Shown in pieces: positions 28,992 to 49,606 of a stretch of 64,000 nt of DNA. A program made the translations under genes and the position numbers. This stretch comes from the human T2T-CHM13v2.0 reference genome, Homo sapiens: assembly GCF_009914755.1 (NCBI RefSeq), contig NC_060933.1. The stretch is one strand, 5' to 3'. Each line of letters opens with the position of its first letter. Within the stretch, counting starts at the first letter, position 1. The notes below the pieces were generated by a model that saw nothing but the letters and a program-made list of their open reading frames with translations, was not told the origin of the DNA and searched no databases.

Positions 28992-29527
28992 TCAAGAGGG
29001 TTTTTATTAGTTCCTAAATAGTTAAAAAAATTTTAAATTCCTATCAAGTATCTATGGTGCCCCTGAAGCCACTCCATGGAAGAAGACACAGTTTGAAGAA
29101 CAAATTGTTCTGTCCCCAGATGCACCAGTCTACCCTAGCTCTGAGGTTGGCCCCAAGATAGCCCCCTGCAGAGATAACTCACTTTGGAGGTTCACATTTA
29201 GTTCTCCAAGTCAGACATAATGTGCTTTAGATGAAAGTAACAGACACGGATAACCCAGCATCCAGGGCCCATTCCCCTCAAACACTTTAGACCATGTCTG
29301 TGGTGTAGACCCACCTGTCTAGAAACAAGATTAGCCCTGGAAAGTATCAGTTTCTTGTAACGGCGGAAAGCAGTGGCTTTGGAACCAGATGACCTGTGCC
29401 ACAGCCAATGTGTGACTTTCAACCAGTCACTTCATCCCCTCTGGCCTCATTCTCCTCTGCACAATGTGAATAATCAAAATCTAGCTCACGGTTGATGAAA
29501 TAATTAAATGAGGATTATAAACAAACA

Positions 29528-30125
<598 letters not shown>

Positions 30126-30860
30126 CAAAACAAGTGTAGTGCCTGGCAACAAAGAAATGACCCAAAGTTAACTAGTTTTATCATTATAATTTTGAGAAAG
30201 GTGAACGATCTTCTTTTTCTCTACCTACTTCCAAGGAGTCCCACTTAAGTTTGTAGAACTTAATATTAAAAAAAATTGTTTAAAAAGGCAAATCTCTGGG
30301 AAACAGGAGCAACTGGCATTCCAGGTATGAACTGAGGGAAGATCTTTAATTAAGGAGGACTTGGGGTAGACACATTTCTCTTTTTTTGAAACTGGGGTCT
30401 TGCTATATTGCCCAGGCTGCTCTCAAACTTCTGGCCTCGAGTCATCCTCCTGCCTTGGCCTCCCAAAGTGCTGGGATTACAGGTGCACCACCACGCCCAG
30501 CTGGGACAGACACATTTCAATTAGAATGCGGGGGTCTAGTGAGTTAACAGCTACTGTGGATTCACCCCAAGGTGGGCTCACGCCATTTGCCATCACTTGG
30601 CCAGCTGCCCTCTCTGAGGGGAGTTTGCCTGTCCTCTGGAAGCCCATGTGACTGTTTCCTTATCTGTATAACAGGAATGATGATAATAGTACCTACACTT
30701 CATAGCGTTTAGGGTTACAGGCAACGATGTACCTAAAGTGGTGGCACAACGTCTGGCAGATAGCAGGTGCTTAATAAATGTCTCCTGGCATACACAGGCT
30801 TTTCATAGTTGACAACTCATTTGAAAAACAGACCAAACTCAGCCTAAGAATGGGAGAACG

Positions 30861-31286
<426 letters not shown>

Positions 31287-32761
31287 TCAGTACTTCTGGG
31301 TCCAGTCCCGTTCCCATCATCTCCGTGCCTCTCAATACTCTCTCCTGCTCCAAGGTCTGCTTGCGTCTGCTCAAACCTCAGGCCCTGTCCTGCATTTGAT
31401 CATCTCTTTTTCCTCTTCTACTGCAGTGAGAGGGATGATCTGAGGCATCACACATCCACAGAGCATATCGGAACACGCGTTCCTGTCCACATGGAGTGCT
31501 ACGGCTCTGTATGCAGACACATGATCCACACGTGCCCTTAAGAAGCCCATATCACACCAACCAACCAACCACGCCTCAGCATCAGGGTCTCTTACAGAAA
31601 CACCCACAAATAAGGGGGCACAGGAGGTGTGCTCACTGTGCTGTGCCCGGCACCTCACCAAGCCCTCAGAAGCCCTGCCTCGCCGTGATGCGGGCCATAC
31701 GTTTCCTGAGTGGAACTCAGACCTCCACTTCCAATCCCCTGCAAAGCTAACTGCATCTGTATTTGAGGAACACACAGCCAGGGCCTCAGCAGAGCTGTGG
31801 ATCAATAAAACCGCACTCCTTGGAGGAGGCAAGTGACATCTATAAACCCGTGAGTGTCAAAACAATGGCAAGAAAATCCTGTGTTCCTACTGTCAGTGGG
31901 ATGAAAGTGGTGTAATTAATGCCAGCCCAATGACACCACAAGGAGAAATAAAACAAACAGCTGGTGGTTCTGTGGACCAGCATCTAGCTCCTCCACTCCG
32001 TTACTGTTTCCACTATAAAATACTGACTCATGTTATGGGCAGGGAAGCATAAATCTAAGACCAAAGAGGAGGAAAAAAGACTATAGAAACCCACCATGTA
32101 AATTCTAAACTTTTGGCTCCACAGTCAAAAGTGTGCTACGTCCGCTCCCCCTTTACAGTGAAAGAACCAAGTTTCCATGATATTACATGAGATCTAAGAG
32201 GAGTCAACCTGGGAACACAAAATAGAATTTTGCATTTCATGTTCAGTAAAGGAAACACCCCCGGCCAGTACAGTCACTTTTGGGGCTGGGGGCCTGACCT
32301 TGCTTCCCAAGTGCATCAGAGACCTGACTCCAGGGATCTGCGGACATGGTCAAGGTTCAGAATGGTCCAGGTGTTGCATCTGATGATGGCATTCTTACTG
32401 TAGCTCCAGGAGGAAGATTATGCAGAAGCAGACATTTTGAACCTGATGCATTTCTAGAAGGTCAGTTTTTCTTCTAGGTAATGTATTTATCCCTCCTTTG
32501 GGTCAGTGGGTGGGGCTCCTGTGCTACGGCCTCATCCGTAGAATGACAGCAGCTCTTAGAACCTGCCTGTTCCTGTCAGCCCTCTGTTCTGAGCCACCTA
32601 GAACATTTGCTGGTGCACAGCAGGTGCCCCAGAAGTCTTAGCTGTTGAAAACATCATAGGACAGTCATGCAGGTTCAATGGGAAAATGCATCACAGTGTG
32701 ACGTGGTGTTCGGCACATATCAGGGGCCAGTAAATGCTAGCTGAGCATTCTGTGTACCTTA

Positions 32762-33063
32762 TTATTTTTTTATTTTTTTGTTGAGACCGAGTCTCCAACT
32801 GTCGCCCAGATGGAGAGTGCAGTGGTGTGATCTCGGCTCATTGCAACTCTGCCTCCTGGGTTCAAGCGATTCTCCTGCCTCAGCCTCCTAAGTAGTTAGG
32901 ATTACAGGCGCCCACCACCACACCTGGCTAATTTTTGTATTTTTACTAGAGATGAGGTTTCACCATGTTGGCCAGGCTGGTCTCGAACTCCTGACCTCAA
33001 AAGATCCACCCGCCTAGGCCTCCCACGGTGCTGGGATTACAGGCGTGAGCCACCACGCCCAGC
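32762..33063 (-). mobile_element. Alu (AluSx-like)
   Basis: Full dimer. TSD-like tgtgtacc(c)ttat. Confidence 0.93.
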
Positions 33064-33565
33064 TGATGTGTACCCTTATCTTGATGGACCAATTTTGCTC
33101 TTCACCAACTGTGTCTTGGCTTAGTTCTGGCCTTCATTTTCCTTCTTTCCTGTCTTTAATGTAACATGATCACAGGCTCAATGAGTCATGGGGCAAAGTA
33201 ACACTCTTTTAACACACTGAAGCAGAGACCCGTTCATATTCCATTTAACTGATCATGGGTCCTGGTGGACAGGCTCTGTTTCCTTCCTATGCTTTTGATG
33301 GGAGAATAGGAAGACTTCTCGAAGAGGTGCTGGGGAATAAGAGGCGATGTCTAGAATGCATTAGCCAGGATGCAGATGGGGACAGCATCCCTCCGCAGGC
33401 TCCTGCTCAGCAGCACCGGGGAGGATGCAGCAGGCCTAGCTTTTGTTAGTCACAGTGTCGCTTTGACTCCGGCAGGGGCTCTGAGCCTCACAGTTAAGGA
33501 AGAAGAATGAGGAGACACTGTGAACAGAATGCAGATTGAGGAGGTACCTCCCACCAGTTGAGCAC

Positions 33566-34042
33566 TGTCTTAGTCCGTTTTTGCGGCTTATGACAGAATA
33601 CCTGAAACTGTGTAAATTGTAAAGAAAACATTTTTTTTGCCGGGGGGGGGGGCGCGCAGGGACGGAGCCTTGCTCTGTCACCCAGGCTAGAGTGCAGTGG
33701 CGCGATCTCGGCTCACCGCAACCTCTGCCTCCCGGGTTCAAGTGATTCTCTTGCCTCAGCCTCCTGAGTAGCTGGGACTACAGGCACCCGCCACCATGCC
33801 CACCTAATTTTTGTGTTTTTAGTAGAGACAGGGTTTCACCATGTTGCCCAGGCTGTTCTCGAACTCCTGACCTCAGGTGATCCACCCGCCTTGGCCTTCC
33901 ACAGTGCTAGGATTACAGGTGTGAGCCACTGCGCCCGGCCCCAGTCACCTCTTAAAGGTAGTACTATGGCTCTCAATGCTGCCACATTGGAGATTAAAGT
34001 TCAACATGAGTTTTGGAGAGGACAAACATTCAAACCAAAGCA
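33566..34042 (-). mobile_element. MST-type MaLR LTR ends with an Alu (33630-33940) between them
   Basis: tgtcttagtccgttt...gaatacctgaaactg and ttcaacatgagttttggagaggacaaacattcaaaccaaagca are MST termini. The Alu occupies the middle. Confidence 0.75.
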
Positions 34043-34227
34043 AGCATCAAGAAAGCAAATTCCTGCTGCAGTCACACTGAAGGTCCCTTCCCTCACAGCC
34101 CAGCTCCATCTCCAAAGGAGTGAACCGAGCATCTCACGTGCTTGGCTTCTTGCATTACGCTCGCGTTTGGCAACATTTTGAACCATTCCTAACCTCCAGA
34201 GTGGTGGGACTCAATCCCAAGTGGACA

Positions 34228-34229
<2 letters not shown>

Positions 34230-34265
<36 letters not shown>
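34230..34265. repeat. (CA)n microsatellite, about 18 units
   Basis: Direct observation. Confidence 0.97.
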
Positions 34266-34266
<1 letters not shown>

Positions 34267-34414
34267 GGCAAGTGAACAGGCATGAGGAAGGCAGTCTGCA
34301 GCTGGCTCGGAAATTTCACTGATTTTTTTCCTCAGGCACTACACTGAAAAGACTGCTCACTCTCATTCATCCAGGTATGGGGATATAATAGAACTCACTT
34401 GAGTGGTGGTTTCA

Positions 34415-34702
<288 letters not shown>

Positions 34703-36411
34703 TCATAAACCCACCCAGAAAGTGTCCAGGACTGTTTTCTAACACAAAGCCCAGGTATGAAGAAGTAGCAGACTTCTACTCATAAGGGATCCTCAAATGG
34801 CCTTCACCCAAGTCATCCAGCATGTAAAAAGCATCAACTCTAAGTGGACCTCCGGGCTGGGCACAGTGCTAAGTGCTATGCTTGGATCGTCACATTTTAA
34901 TCAGACAGTGAGACAGCTGTTACTTCAGAGCATGCGCCGCAGCACCTAAGGCCATGCTGCCTGCCTGTGAATTACAGGGCGCTCTACATAGAAAAGCACT
35001 GCAGCCCGAGCAGGCTGTCCACACCAGTCCCTGTCTGAGTGTCCCTCGCTGCTGTCTGCCAGCCCAGATATTCAAGGGTCAGCTCAGGTCAGCAGATGTG
35101 AACCCGAGCCACGTGTGGAGCCCATAAAAATCACATTCCCGGTGCGTGAAGGCCTCTGCCTTTTGATGAATAATAAAATTCTCCGCACATGACGAGCCGT
35201 CATAATTGGGCACAAGTCTTTCCTTTGCCCCCTGCAGCGGCGTGGGGGTAGCATCCATACATGAAAACATTTCTTTTTTTCTTTGCCAGATATTTTCCAG
35301 TCTGTGATATTCCAAATGTCTGGTGCTGGTGACATAAAAATGCCTTTGTCAGAAGGCCTGGCACAAACCTGCCGAGTCCAGCTGAAGCCTGACCTGCCAG
35401 TCAGGTAGCCAGGAGCCTCTGCGTGGTGGCCTGTAAAATGCCACACTGACCTGGCCTGTGGGACGTCAACCAAATTCCTTCCTCCATCTGGGCCTCAGTT
35501 TCCCTTTTCATAAGAGGTTTTTGTGGGATGATTTCTGTAGATGGCTTTTTAAAAGACATTGATAAGACAAACTGGGATTCATCCACCAGGTGTGATCACT
35601 TTTATGTTACACATTTATTTAATGCTTTAAAATCAAGCACCCTGGCGCTTGATTCTTGTTACAGTTGATTAGAGGAATAGAGGAGGAGGAGACAGAAAAT
35701 CTCCTGGCATAGGAGATCAGATTGGAAGACTGGTTCTCAAAAACCTGAACCCGGGGTCCCAAGGGGGGACCTCCACCCTTAGGGTGCAGTGCTTGAACTT
35801 TCTCAAGGTGTAGGAGTCCAAGGCCAAATGGGAAACTTGAAAGCACTAATGATGGGAATAATTTTAGAATACAAGGAAGAAGTCGCTAAACAGATCCAAA
35901 ATTCACAGAAAACAAAGCTAGCACACTGGCCAAAACAATCTCCCCAAAGAAGCCTGAAGACAAGTATGTTCCTAGTGTTGAAACCATTATTAGGGCATCC
36001 GGATGTGACTGGATAGGGCTGCTGGATTTTAAACACCTTTGCCTCCTTGGGCCATGTGCATGTTGGGATAAGATTTCACTGCCACGGTGGTACAGAACTG
36101 GGGAATTATCCAAATGGCATTGATTGATTCATTATTGACTGGTTCATTCATTCATTCATTCATTCATTCATTCTATAAATATTTACCCAGCATGGAGTCT
36201 CTGCCAGGTATCACATGAAAGATCTTGCATTCCTACTCCTAACTATGACAGTGCAGAGTTGGAGAGCAGAATGCTGTGAGCATGTGTAACAGGCAGGTCG
36301 GCCTCATCTGGGGCTGGGCAAGGCCAGGGGAGGCCTCCCTGAAGAAGTGACTTGAAGCTGAGGCTGAGGAATGAGAGCAGTTTTCTAGCTAAGGGGTGGG
36401 GTTAAGAGCAC

Positions 36412-37355
36412 TGTGTATTCCTTTTCCACTGCTGCATAACAATCTTAGTGACTGTAGACAATACAGTTATTATCACATGGTTTTCAAGGAGTCTGAGCAC
36501 AGCTCAGCTGGGTCCTCTGCTCAGTCTCAAAGGCTGCAGTCAAGGTGTTGACCAGGCTGTGTTCCCATCTGGAGGCTTGACTGAGGGAGAACCCTCTTCC
36601 CAGCTCATCTGGATTGTTGACAGAATCCATTTCCTTGCTGCCACATGACTGAGGGCTCCGGTTTCTCGCTTGCTAGGGGCTGGAGGCCCCTGCAGTTCCT
36701 AGAGACCAGCCATGTGGGCTTCTCCAACATAGCTGCATACTTCATCATGCCAGCAAGGAGGATCTCTCTCTGGTCTGCTAAGGCACATTCTTACATAACA
36801 TAATGTAGCACAGGAGTGACATCCCCTCACCTTTGCCACATTCAGCTGGTCCTGCCCCCACTCAAGGGGAGGGGATTACATAGGCATGGACACAAGGGGG
36901 TGGGAAATCACTGAGAGTTGCTTAGTGATATAGTTTGGATATGTGTCCCCACCCAAATCTCACATTAAAATGTAATCCCCATTGCTAGAGGTGGAGCCTG
37001 GTGGGAGGTGTTTGGATCATGGGGGCGGGTCCCTCATGGTTTGGTGCTGTCTTCACAATAGTGAGTTTTCAAGAGATCTAGTTAAAAGTGTGTGGCGCCT
37101 CCCCCTCCCACTGTCTCTCTCTTGCTCCTGCTCTGGCCACATGATGTGCCTGCTCCCCCTTCACCTTCTGCCGTGATGGTAAACTTCCTAAGGCCTTCCC
37201 AGAAGCAGAGCAGATGCCAGCACCATGCTTCTCTTATAGCCTGCGGAACCATGAGCCAATTAAACCTCATTTCTTTATAAATTACTCAGTCTCAGGTATT
37301 TCTTTATGCATTGCAAGAATGGCCTAATGCAATTAGGGTCTGGCAGCTGCCCACA
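36412..37355 (-). mobile_element. MLT1-family LTR interrupted near one end by an MST LTR
   Basis: gctgcataac...ggctgcagtcaaggtgttgaccaggctg...gaatccatttccttg pattern. Resumes after the MST at 37337. Confidence 0.7.
36926..37331 (+). mobile_element. MSTA/MSTB-like solo LTR
   Basis: tgatatagtttggatatgtgtccccacccaaatctc ... aaattactcagtctcaggtatttcttta...ggcctaatgca. 5-bp TSD cttag/attag. Confidence 0.88.
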
Positions 37356-39326
37356 AAGGCCTGAGCAGGGTGGGTGCAGGTTGACCTGGAGAAAGGTGGC
37401 GGGTACTGAGTGGGTAGATGAGAGAAGTCCAGGGATGAAGCTGAACCGCAGGCAGGCCCAGGACACACAGGGCTCCTGGAAGCAGTGGAGGGTCACAACC
37501 ACATTTATTTTAAAATAACAAATGTTTCTCTATGTTTAAAGTCATCCTCAGAAGGGTGCACTTTCAAGAAAGTGTGAACATCAGTTGCCTCCAGGGAAGG
37601 AAGCTGGGTGGCTAAGGAACAGGAGTGAGGGGGGACTTTGGTGCCTTTGGAACCATAGGAATGAATATATCATGGTAATGAAATAAATTCATTCATTCTT
37701 TAAAAAGCCATCCTTCCAGCAGCAATGTGAAGAAAGAGTTGGGAAGAAACCAGGGTAGCTGTGGGGAGATGGATCAGGTTCCAAATAAAGGAAAGGGATT
37801 CTTAGCAATTTAAATAAAATGGAGCACAAATGGTGACTATGGTCAAGGTAAAATTTAGAATCTCTTTGGTACTGAGCCTTTCCCCCCAAGTTTCCAGAAC
37901 TTACTGTCTTATGTCTTGGCTTTTCTTTGCCCTACAGGGGTAGTCTGAGGATTCGGGCACATTCTCTTGATTGTCCCTAACAATGGCTAATGGGTATCCA
38001 ACAGGTAGAGCCAACTCCTTTTGATCGTTCCAATACAGAGTGCTAATTTTTCTTTCTCTAATGCATTTGATGGTCACTTCAAAAAAAAATTCTTCAAAGA
38101 GACTGCATTAGACCAAAAAAAAAAAAAAAAAAAAAGAAAAAAGAAAAAGAAACGACCCCCCTGCATTAACTACAGAATCCTGATGGGTTGTGATTGCGTT
38201 ATTTTTCCCTGAACACTATTCCCTGCATTCTTTCTGTGCTCTAAATTACCAATTCTAGTCCCTGTGTAGCTAAATAATAATAATTACCATATAAATGAAT
38301 ATGCATATGTGTCATTTTTCTCCCTAAAAGCAAGAAAGCCTGTTTATTTTGGATGAGGGTTTGTTTTGTTTTTGAACAACCAAAGCACATAATTAGAAGT
38401 CTAACCTCTTACTCTTGAAATCCTGTCTCCAGCGGGAAGAGATGAAAAGGCAATGGATGCCCCTTAAAGGTTAGAAGAAAGTTTAAAACAAATTGAAGGA
38501 GATATTTCTTTACTCTGCAGGTAACAACAGCGTGGACATGATCAGAATCACAGAACTATAAGACTAGAAGGGATTTCCATGCTCAAGACTAGAAGGGATT
38601 TCCATGCTCAAGTCCAACCCCATGGTTTTATAGATGGAAAAACTGAGGCCTAAGGAAGTGAAGCTCTCACCAGAGTAACACGCTCTGTGCCTTCCTGAGA
38701 TGCAACCTTTGAAACAAGAACAGTGGCCAATAGTACAACACTGTGTTTGCATCTCAGTTCTGGGATTTAATTGTGGGATCTTCAGCAAGATACACAACCT
38801 CTTCAAGGCCTGGATTCTGCATCTGTGAAATAGGGTAGACAGCAGTGCCACCTCCGCAAGGTTGCTGTAAGGACTCCACAGCACACGGTCCTGCTGCCGA
38901 TGCTACACTCCCAATCAAGGGGAGTCACCCAGAATGTAATTACAGCCTCTTGCATAGTGCAAGGTGCACCTGCAATGTCATGTAGCAGATAACATGCCAG
39001 ACCAGGCGCGTAGACTACAGCTACCACCATCATCAAAATAATCATAATAATAACACACATTATAAATACTCAGTCAATATATTATTTATAATACAATGTA
39101 ATCACATATAGTGTAATGTAACTAATAACGATGTCAATTATAATTGAGATTTTAATTTCTAACAATAGACTTCATCATCATTTTTATGATGGTGACTTGG
39201 GATGCATGGTCCTGTACTCTGTCCACACTGCAGGTGCACTATGCAAAGAGGTTATGCAGACCAAGCTTTTAAATAAGCTCAGGAAGAATTCACAGAAGTT
39301 AAATGCATATTTGAAAGACTATTCTA

Positions 39327-39615
<289 letters not shown>

Positions 39616-40169
39616 TGACTATTCTAGATCACTGAGGGCATGTTTGGGATATCCAGCTGCAAACACAGAGAGAATCACCATATTTTCCCCAGAAACTATC
39701 ACTCAGTGAGGTAGAAATTTTTTAAAAATCACGGAAACAAATCTGTCCAGGCAGCTGGATCCTGTGTGAAAACTGTGCAGCCTTGTTAGATTCTGGAGTG
39801 GGGAAAGAAGGGCAGTGCGGCTTCAAGGGCGTGTATATAGCCAGTGGGACACACAGACAATCACTGGCAGCCCACCCTGAGGCCCTGCATCTCTGGATTC
39901 TAGATTTCCACCTAGAATCCAGAATGCTTACCCACCAGAAACATTTTCATTGGAATGCTGTAACTTGTAAAAATTACTTACACGAAATAGTACTGTTTCA
40001 AATGTTTTGAGGTTGGAAAGGAGAGAGACTTTGAGGGTTGCTCAGTGGTATCCAGACACCCACCCTGGGCCTTCTGCAATGGATGTGTGGGGTGGATGGG
40101 GCAGAGGGGCCCACAGATGCCTTGGCCCCATGCCAAGCCTCTCTTCCAGCTATGAAGTTCAGATCTGCC

Positions 40170-40358
40170 TCTAACTGACGTGACTCCTTTGCTTATTTAT
40201 CTGGTTTATTGTCTGTCTCTCCATGACTAGAACTTCTGTTCCTTGAGAGCAAGACACTTAACTCTCTTGTTCACTGCTTTGGTCCCTGTGCTTAGCAAAG
40301 TGATTTGTTGCATGAGAGAATAGATGAATGAATGAATGAATGAATGAATGAATGAATG
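40170..40358 (+). mobile_element. L2 3' end with (GAAT)n tail (a similar (TTCA)n L2 end lies at ~36143-36400)
   Basis: tttattgtctgtctctcc...cttgttcactgc...tttgttg followed by gaat repeats. Confidence 0.7.
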
Positions 40359-41506
40359 AGTACTTTTAGGAAACACTGACTGGGGAGCCGGGTAGGCCAA
40401 CAAACCATGACAAGGCTTTTGGTCACGACTCTAGTGGAGGAACATATCAGGTGGCATGGGGACACGTTGGGGGCCTGTGAATGGCACAAAACACGACAGG
40501 GAGTAGATAGGCTTTGCCCAGCCTTTGAGCTTCTGTCCTGGGCTGCATAGCACAGCCCTGGAGCCCCTGGGTCAGAGCGCTGGCCCTGTGCACCATGTGC
40601 CTGGTCTACCCTGGCCAGCCCTGCCGCTTCCCCCGGTGTGGCTCTGGGCGTGCCTCAGGCCCTGCAGCTACAACATGGGCACAATAATAGTAACACTGGC
40701 CATGTAGGGTCCCGTGAAGCTGGAGAAGCTGCTGGGCGTAGTGCCTGATGCCAGGCTCAGACGCATGCTCCATTCAGGTCTCTGGCTTCTCCCGGGCCGA
40801 GATAGAGAGCTGGAGCAGAGGCTCTGGGCCTGCCTGCTCTCCTGCCTGCCTGGATCCCAGAGACTTCTGCCTTCCAGTGGTCAGCAGGCCAGCTCCCGGC
40901 TTCTGCTGCACTAAGGCAGCTGGTTGAAGCAAACACTCTTGACCAGGAGAGCGGGCCGGGGGAAGAGCGGCCCAGACACAGCAGTTCCTGCTCAAGTTCC
41001 TGGGTCACAGGTGGTTTGGGGATCATAGCATCTTCAAAGGAAATCTGAAAAGGGAAAGGCAGGTCTTCTACAACCAGGCGTGGGGAAGTCCTGCTGCCTT
41101 TGCTGACTAAGACAGACCGTGGCGCCATCTCCACCGGGCCTTTCGTTTGGCAGGGGCAGTGATGGTGGCTCATGAGTATGCCACATTTTTTAGGTGCGTG
41201 TTATTCCTGAGGATATGAACTACATAGTTTCTCCCTTCCTGTGTGCTTAGAACGAATGCTCATCACACTGACAGTCCTGGTTCCAGGAACTCTTGGCATA
41301 TTGAATTTGAAACACTGCCTGATGGGCAAGACCATATCCAGCTGTGCTTTCACAGACAGCCCCCACCCCTGCTGAGGGGGTCCAGTCCTGGGCAACTAAG
41401 GTACAATTAAGCCAAAGGAGTACCACCCCCCTATATTTGACCAAATTTGATGAGTAGCTATCATGATGAAAAAGAGAAAACAGCTTAGCTTTAAAGATCA
41501 AAGAGA

Positions 41507-42132
<626 letters not shown>

Positions 42133-42645
42133 TTAATGCTCTGCCAAAAGATTGTTTGGCACTTCCTAGGTAAAAGAGGTGGGAAACCTTAAAAATAGTG
42201 ACCGACTGATGGGTCAGTTTTAGGAAAAGTTCCCGTGAGGTTGGTTTGACACTCTGAGTTAAGAGTGTGAAATTGGGGTAAAGGACTGGGTTTTCTGGTT
42301 CCTGCCTCACTTCTGGCTGCCATTCCCTCCAGCCTAAGACGGCCCCTCCACAGTCCACTCCAGTCCCCTTCACTAGAGGCTTCAGGAATCACTTGACTCT
42401 CCCGCCCTGGTTTTTCCATCACAACCCTTCTCACCATCTGCCTTGCCTTGGTCATGTTTGACTCTGCCTTCAACTGCAGATGGTGAGCCCAAGGCAGGCA
42501 AGACCATCTTGCTAGAAGTGGGGGGTGCTGAGGAGGAAGGTCTCGGGTGTGGGGAAGGGTCCTGGTAGTGAAAACCATGCAGGGCCTGCAGGGGGCACTC
42601 AACTGGAGATGCAGAATCAAGTCGCCGAGCTTGGAAGTCAGGTGA

Positions 42646-43016
<371 letters not shown>

Positions 43017-43093
43017 GAAGTTTGCTTTTTATTGAGAGCTCAAGAGAAAGGGCAGAAATGTTTTCATGATCAATGTGAAAGTGTTACTTAGAA

Positions 43094-43313
43094 CAGGGGT
43101 TGGCAAGCTACAGCCCGCGGGCCAAATCTGGCCTGCTGCCTGCTTCTAAGATAAAAGTCTTTCTAGAGCACAGCCGTGCCCTTTTGTGTCTGTGTTGTGT
43201 ACGGCTGCCTTTGTATTACATCAGAGCTGAGTCGTTGTGACAGAAGCCATATAGCCTGCAAAGCCTCAACGAGTGTCTCTCCATCCTTTTCAGAAAACAT
43301 GTGTCCACCCCCG
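43094..43313 (+). mobile_element. MER58A (hAT-Charlie)
   Basis: caggggttggcaagctacagcccgcgggccaaatctggcc...ccacccccg. 8-bp TSD acttagaa/atttagaa. Confidence 0.88.
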
Positions 43314-43567
43314 ATTTAGAATAGCCTCTGGGCTCTGGATATCTGCCCACACCTGGGCAGAAGACCATCCACTCACAGTGAACAATTTGAGACAATTCAG
43401 ATGTAAACACACTGTTCAGAGCCAGTGTTGCAGCCCGGCCGGCAGGGTGTTTGTGATGTAGATCCCATGGCTGAGGGCCATGCAGAACAAGCTCGTGAGA
43501 ACTGCTACTCCCTCGCCAGCATGCTGGAAAGATTCCTGCTTCAGGTTTGGGGCTTCCCAATCAATAT

Positions 43568-47795
<4,228 letters not shown>

Positions 47796-47797
47796 AG

Positions 47798-48015
47798 GAG
47801 CCTAGGAGTTTGATAACCAGCCTGGGCAACATAGTGAAACTCTATCTCTACAAAAAGTACAAAAATTAGCTGGGTGTGGTGATGCATGCCTGTAGTCCCA
47901 GCTACTCAGGAGGCTGAGACAGGAGGATCACTTGAGCCTGGGAAGTTGAGGCTAAGTGAGCTGTGATCATGCCACTGGGGTCCAGCCTCGGTGACAGAGC
48001 AAGACCCTGTCTCAA
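47798..48015 (+). mobile_element. 5'-truncated AluJ-like element
   Basis: End of left arm plus right arm, followed by a TA-rich tail. Confidence 0.9.
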
Positions 48016-48670
48016 ACGTATATATACACATACATACATATATACATAAAATAAAATAAAAAGAGAAAAGTAATGACATGACCCAATAGGGTTCCTGTGA
48101 GGACACATGAATCGGTGTGCAAAGCCCTCCTGTGGCACCCATCAGTGCCCAGCAGACAGGTGCTATGCTGCTGTCCTCCTGAGCCCTCCCCTGCCCTCTC
48201 CACCCTCCTTGTGCCCCAGGAGGCCGGCCTCAGTGGACTGCTCACCTGGACTCCTGCCCTTTGACTTCACTGGGTCTGGCAGGAGATCAAAGGATAGGAG
48301 GCGAGAGTCTGGGGTACCCCTAATTCTGCCTCCTGCCGATGCCAGTCCCTGGCGCCTCACCATCACTTGTCGGTTGCCTTACCCTCCCATGCTTCTGCGA
48401 TTGTCCTGTCATTAAATGCTTTCCTGTGACCCCTCTGGATGGGCCAGCTATTTCCTACGGGAACCCTGACCGATACAACGAATTCCACACTGTTCCTTTT
48501 CCTTTGACAAAAGCAAAATCCATGTCTGTAGACTGACCTTCACGGAGTTCCCGTTTGCCTGCCTTACCTTCTCTTATGCCTCTGGTCATCTCTGGTCTTG
48601 GAGATGAACACACGCCCTTCACCCTCCCCTTTATCTTGGCACTGAAACCCCTAGCTCACTGGAGTCTTAC

Positions 48671-48739
48671 CTGCTTGATGCAATCCTCTTCAGCCAGGCG
48701 TTCCTGAATCAGCTGGACGAGCAGCGCGCTGGGAACTGT
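48671..48739 (-). CDS. AK8: AK8 coding exon (exon 5), 69 nt
   Basis: ttcAG|ACA GTT CCC...AAG CAG|GTaaga. Encodes [23 protein letters not shown] (NMP-binding region). Phase 0-0. Confidence 0.96.
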
Positions 48740-49606
48740 CTGAAGGAAAAAGGACACACAGAATGATGGCCCAAACCTGCTTCCTGCAGCTCAGGACACA
48801 GACCAGCACACACCCTTCACCAACGCCCTGGCCTCTGGAAAGCACCGACCACCATCGGGCCCCGCCCTTCCTCCACTCGCTGCACCCTTTCCTTGAACTC
48901 TCTTCTCCCCCCAGCATCTTTGAGGGCCTCCCTCACACATGTACTCACCTTATCCTGTGCCCAAGCCCCAACATGCCCTCGCCCACCTCCACCTGAATAA
49001 CTCCAGGGCTCCCTCAGAGCCTCAGCCCCAAGTGCCAGCCTGCAGGAAGCCCTGCCGGATCCTCCCAGGCCAGGCTGGTGCTACTTCCCGTGCTCCATCA
49101 TCCTGGATGGAGAACTCTGTCACTGCACTAACCACCGCACACGCTAATGGACTGCCCACGTGGCTGTGTCCCCAGGAAGTTGTAAAGCTCTTCAAGGAAA
49201 GGGACAGTGTCCTACTGACTCTGGACTCCAGACAGTGGCGGGTGGGAGGGGATTGGCTCCAAGACTCAGCAGAGGCGAGTGTGTCCATCTCTTCCCAAGT
49301 CCACAGTCAGTGACCTCATGTTGGTAACAAAATTGGCCACGGTGGGAGTGTCTACACCACAGAAATGATAAAGGCTACAATAAGGACTCCCCACCCTGCC
49401 CCCAGTGCTGGTTGTTGAATATTGACCAGCAGACCAAATGGTATCAAGGATATAGGAAGCCCTGTCGACCATAATGAAACTTCAAATTCCTTGATGCATT
49501 CAACAAGCAGCAATCATGACGGCTAGCGTTTGTTGAGCACGTGCTATGTGCCAGGCACTGGGCCAAGCATTCCATTCTTTGCTTTTTGTAACAACTCTGT
49601 GCCATC

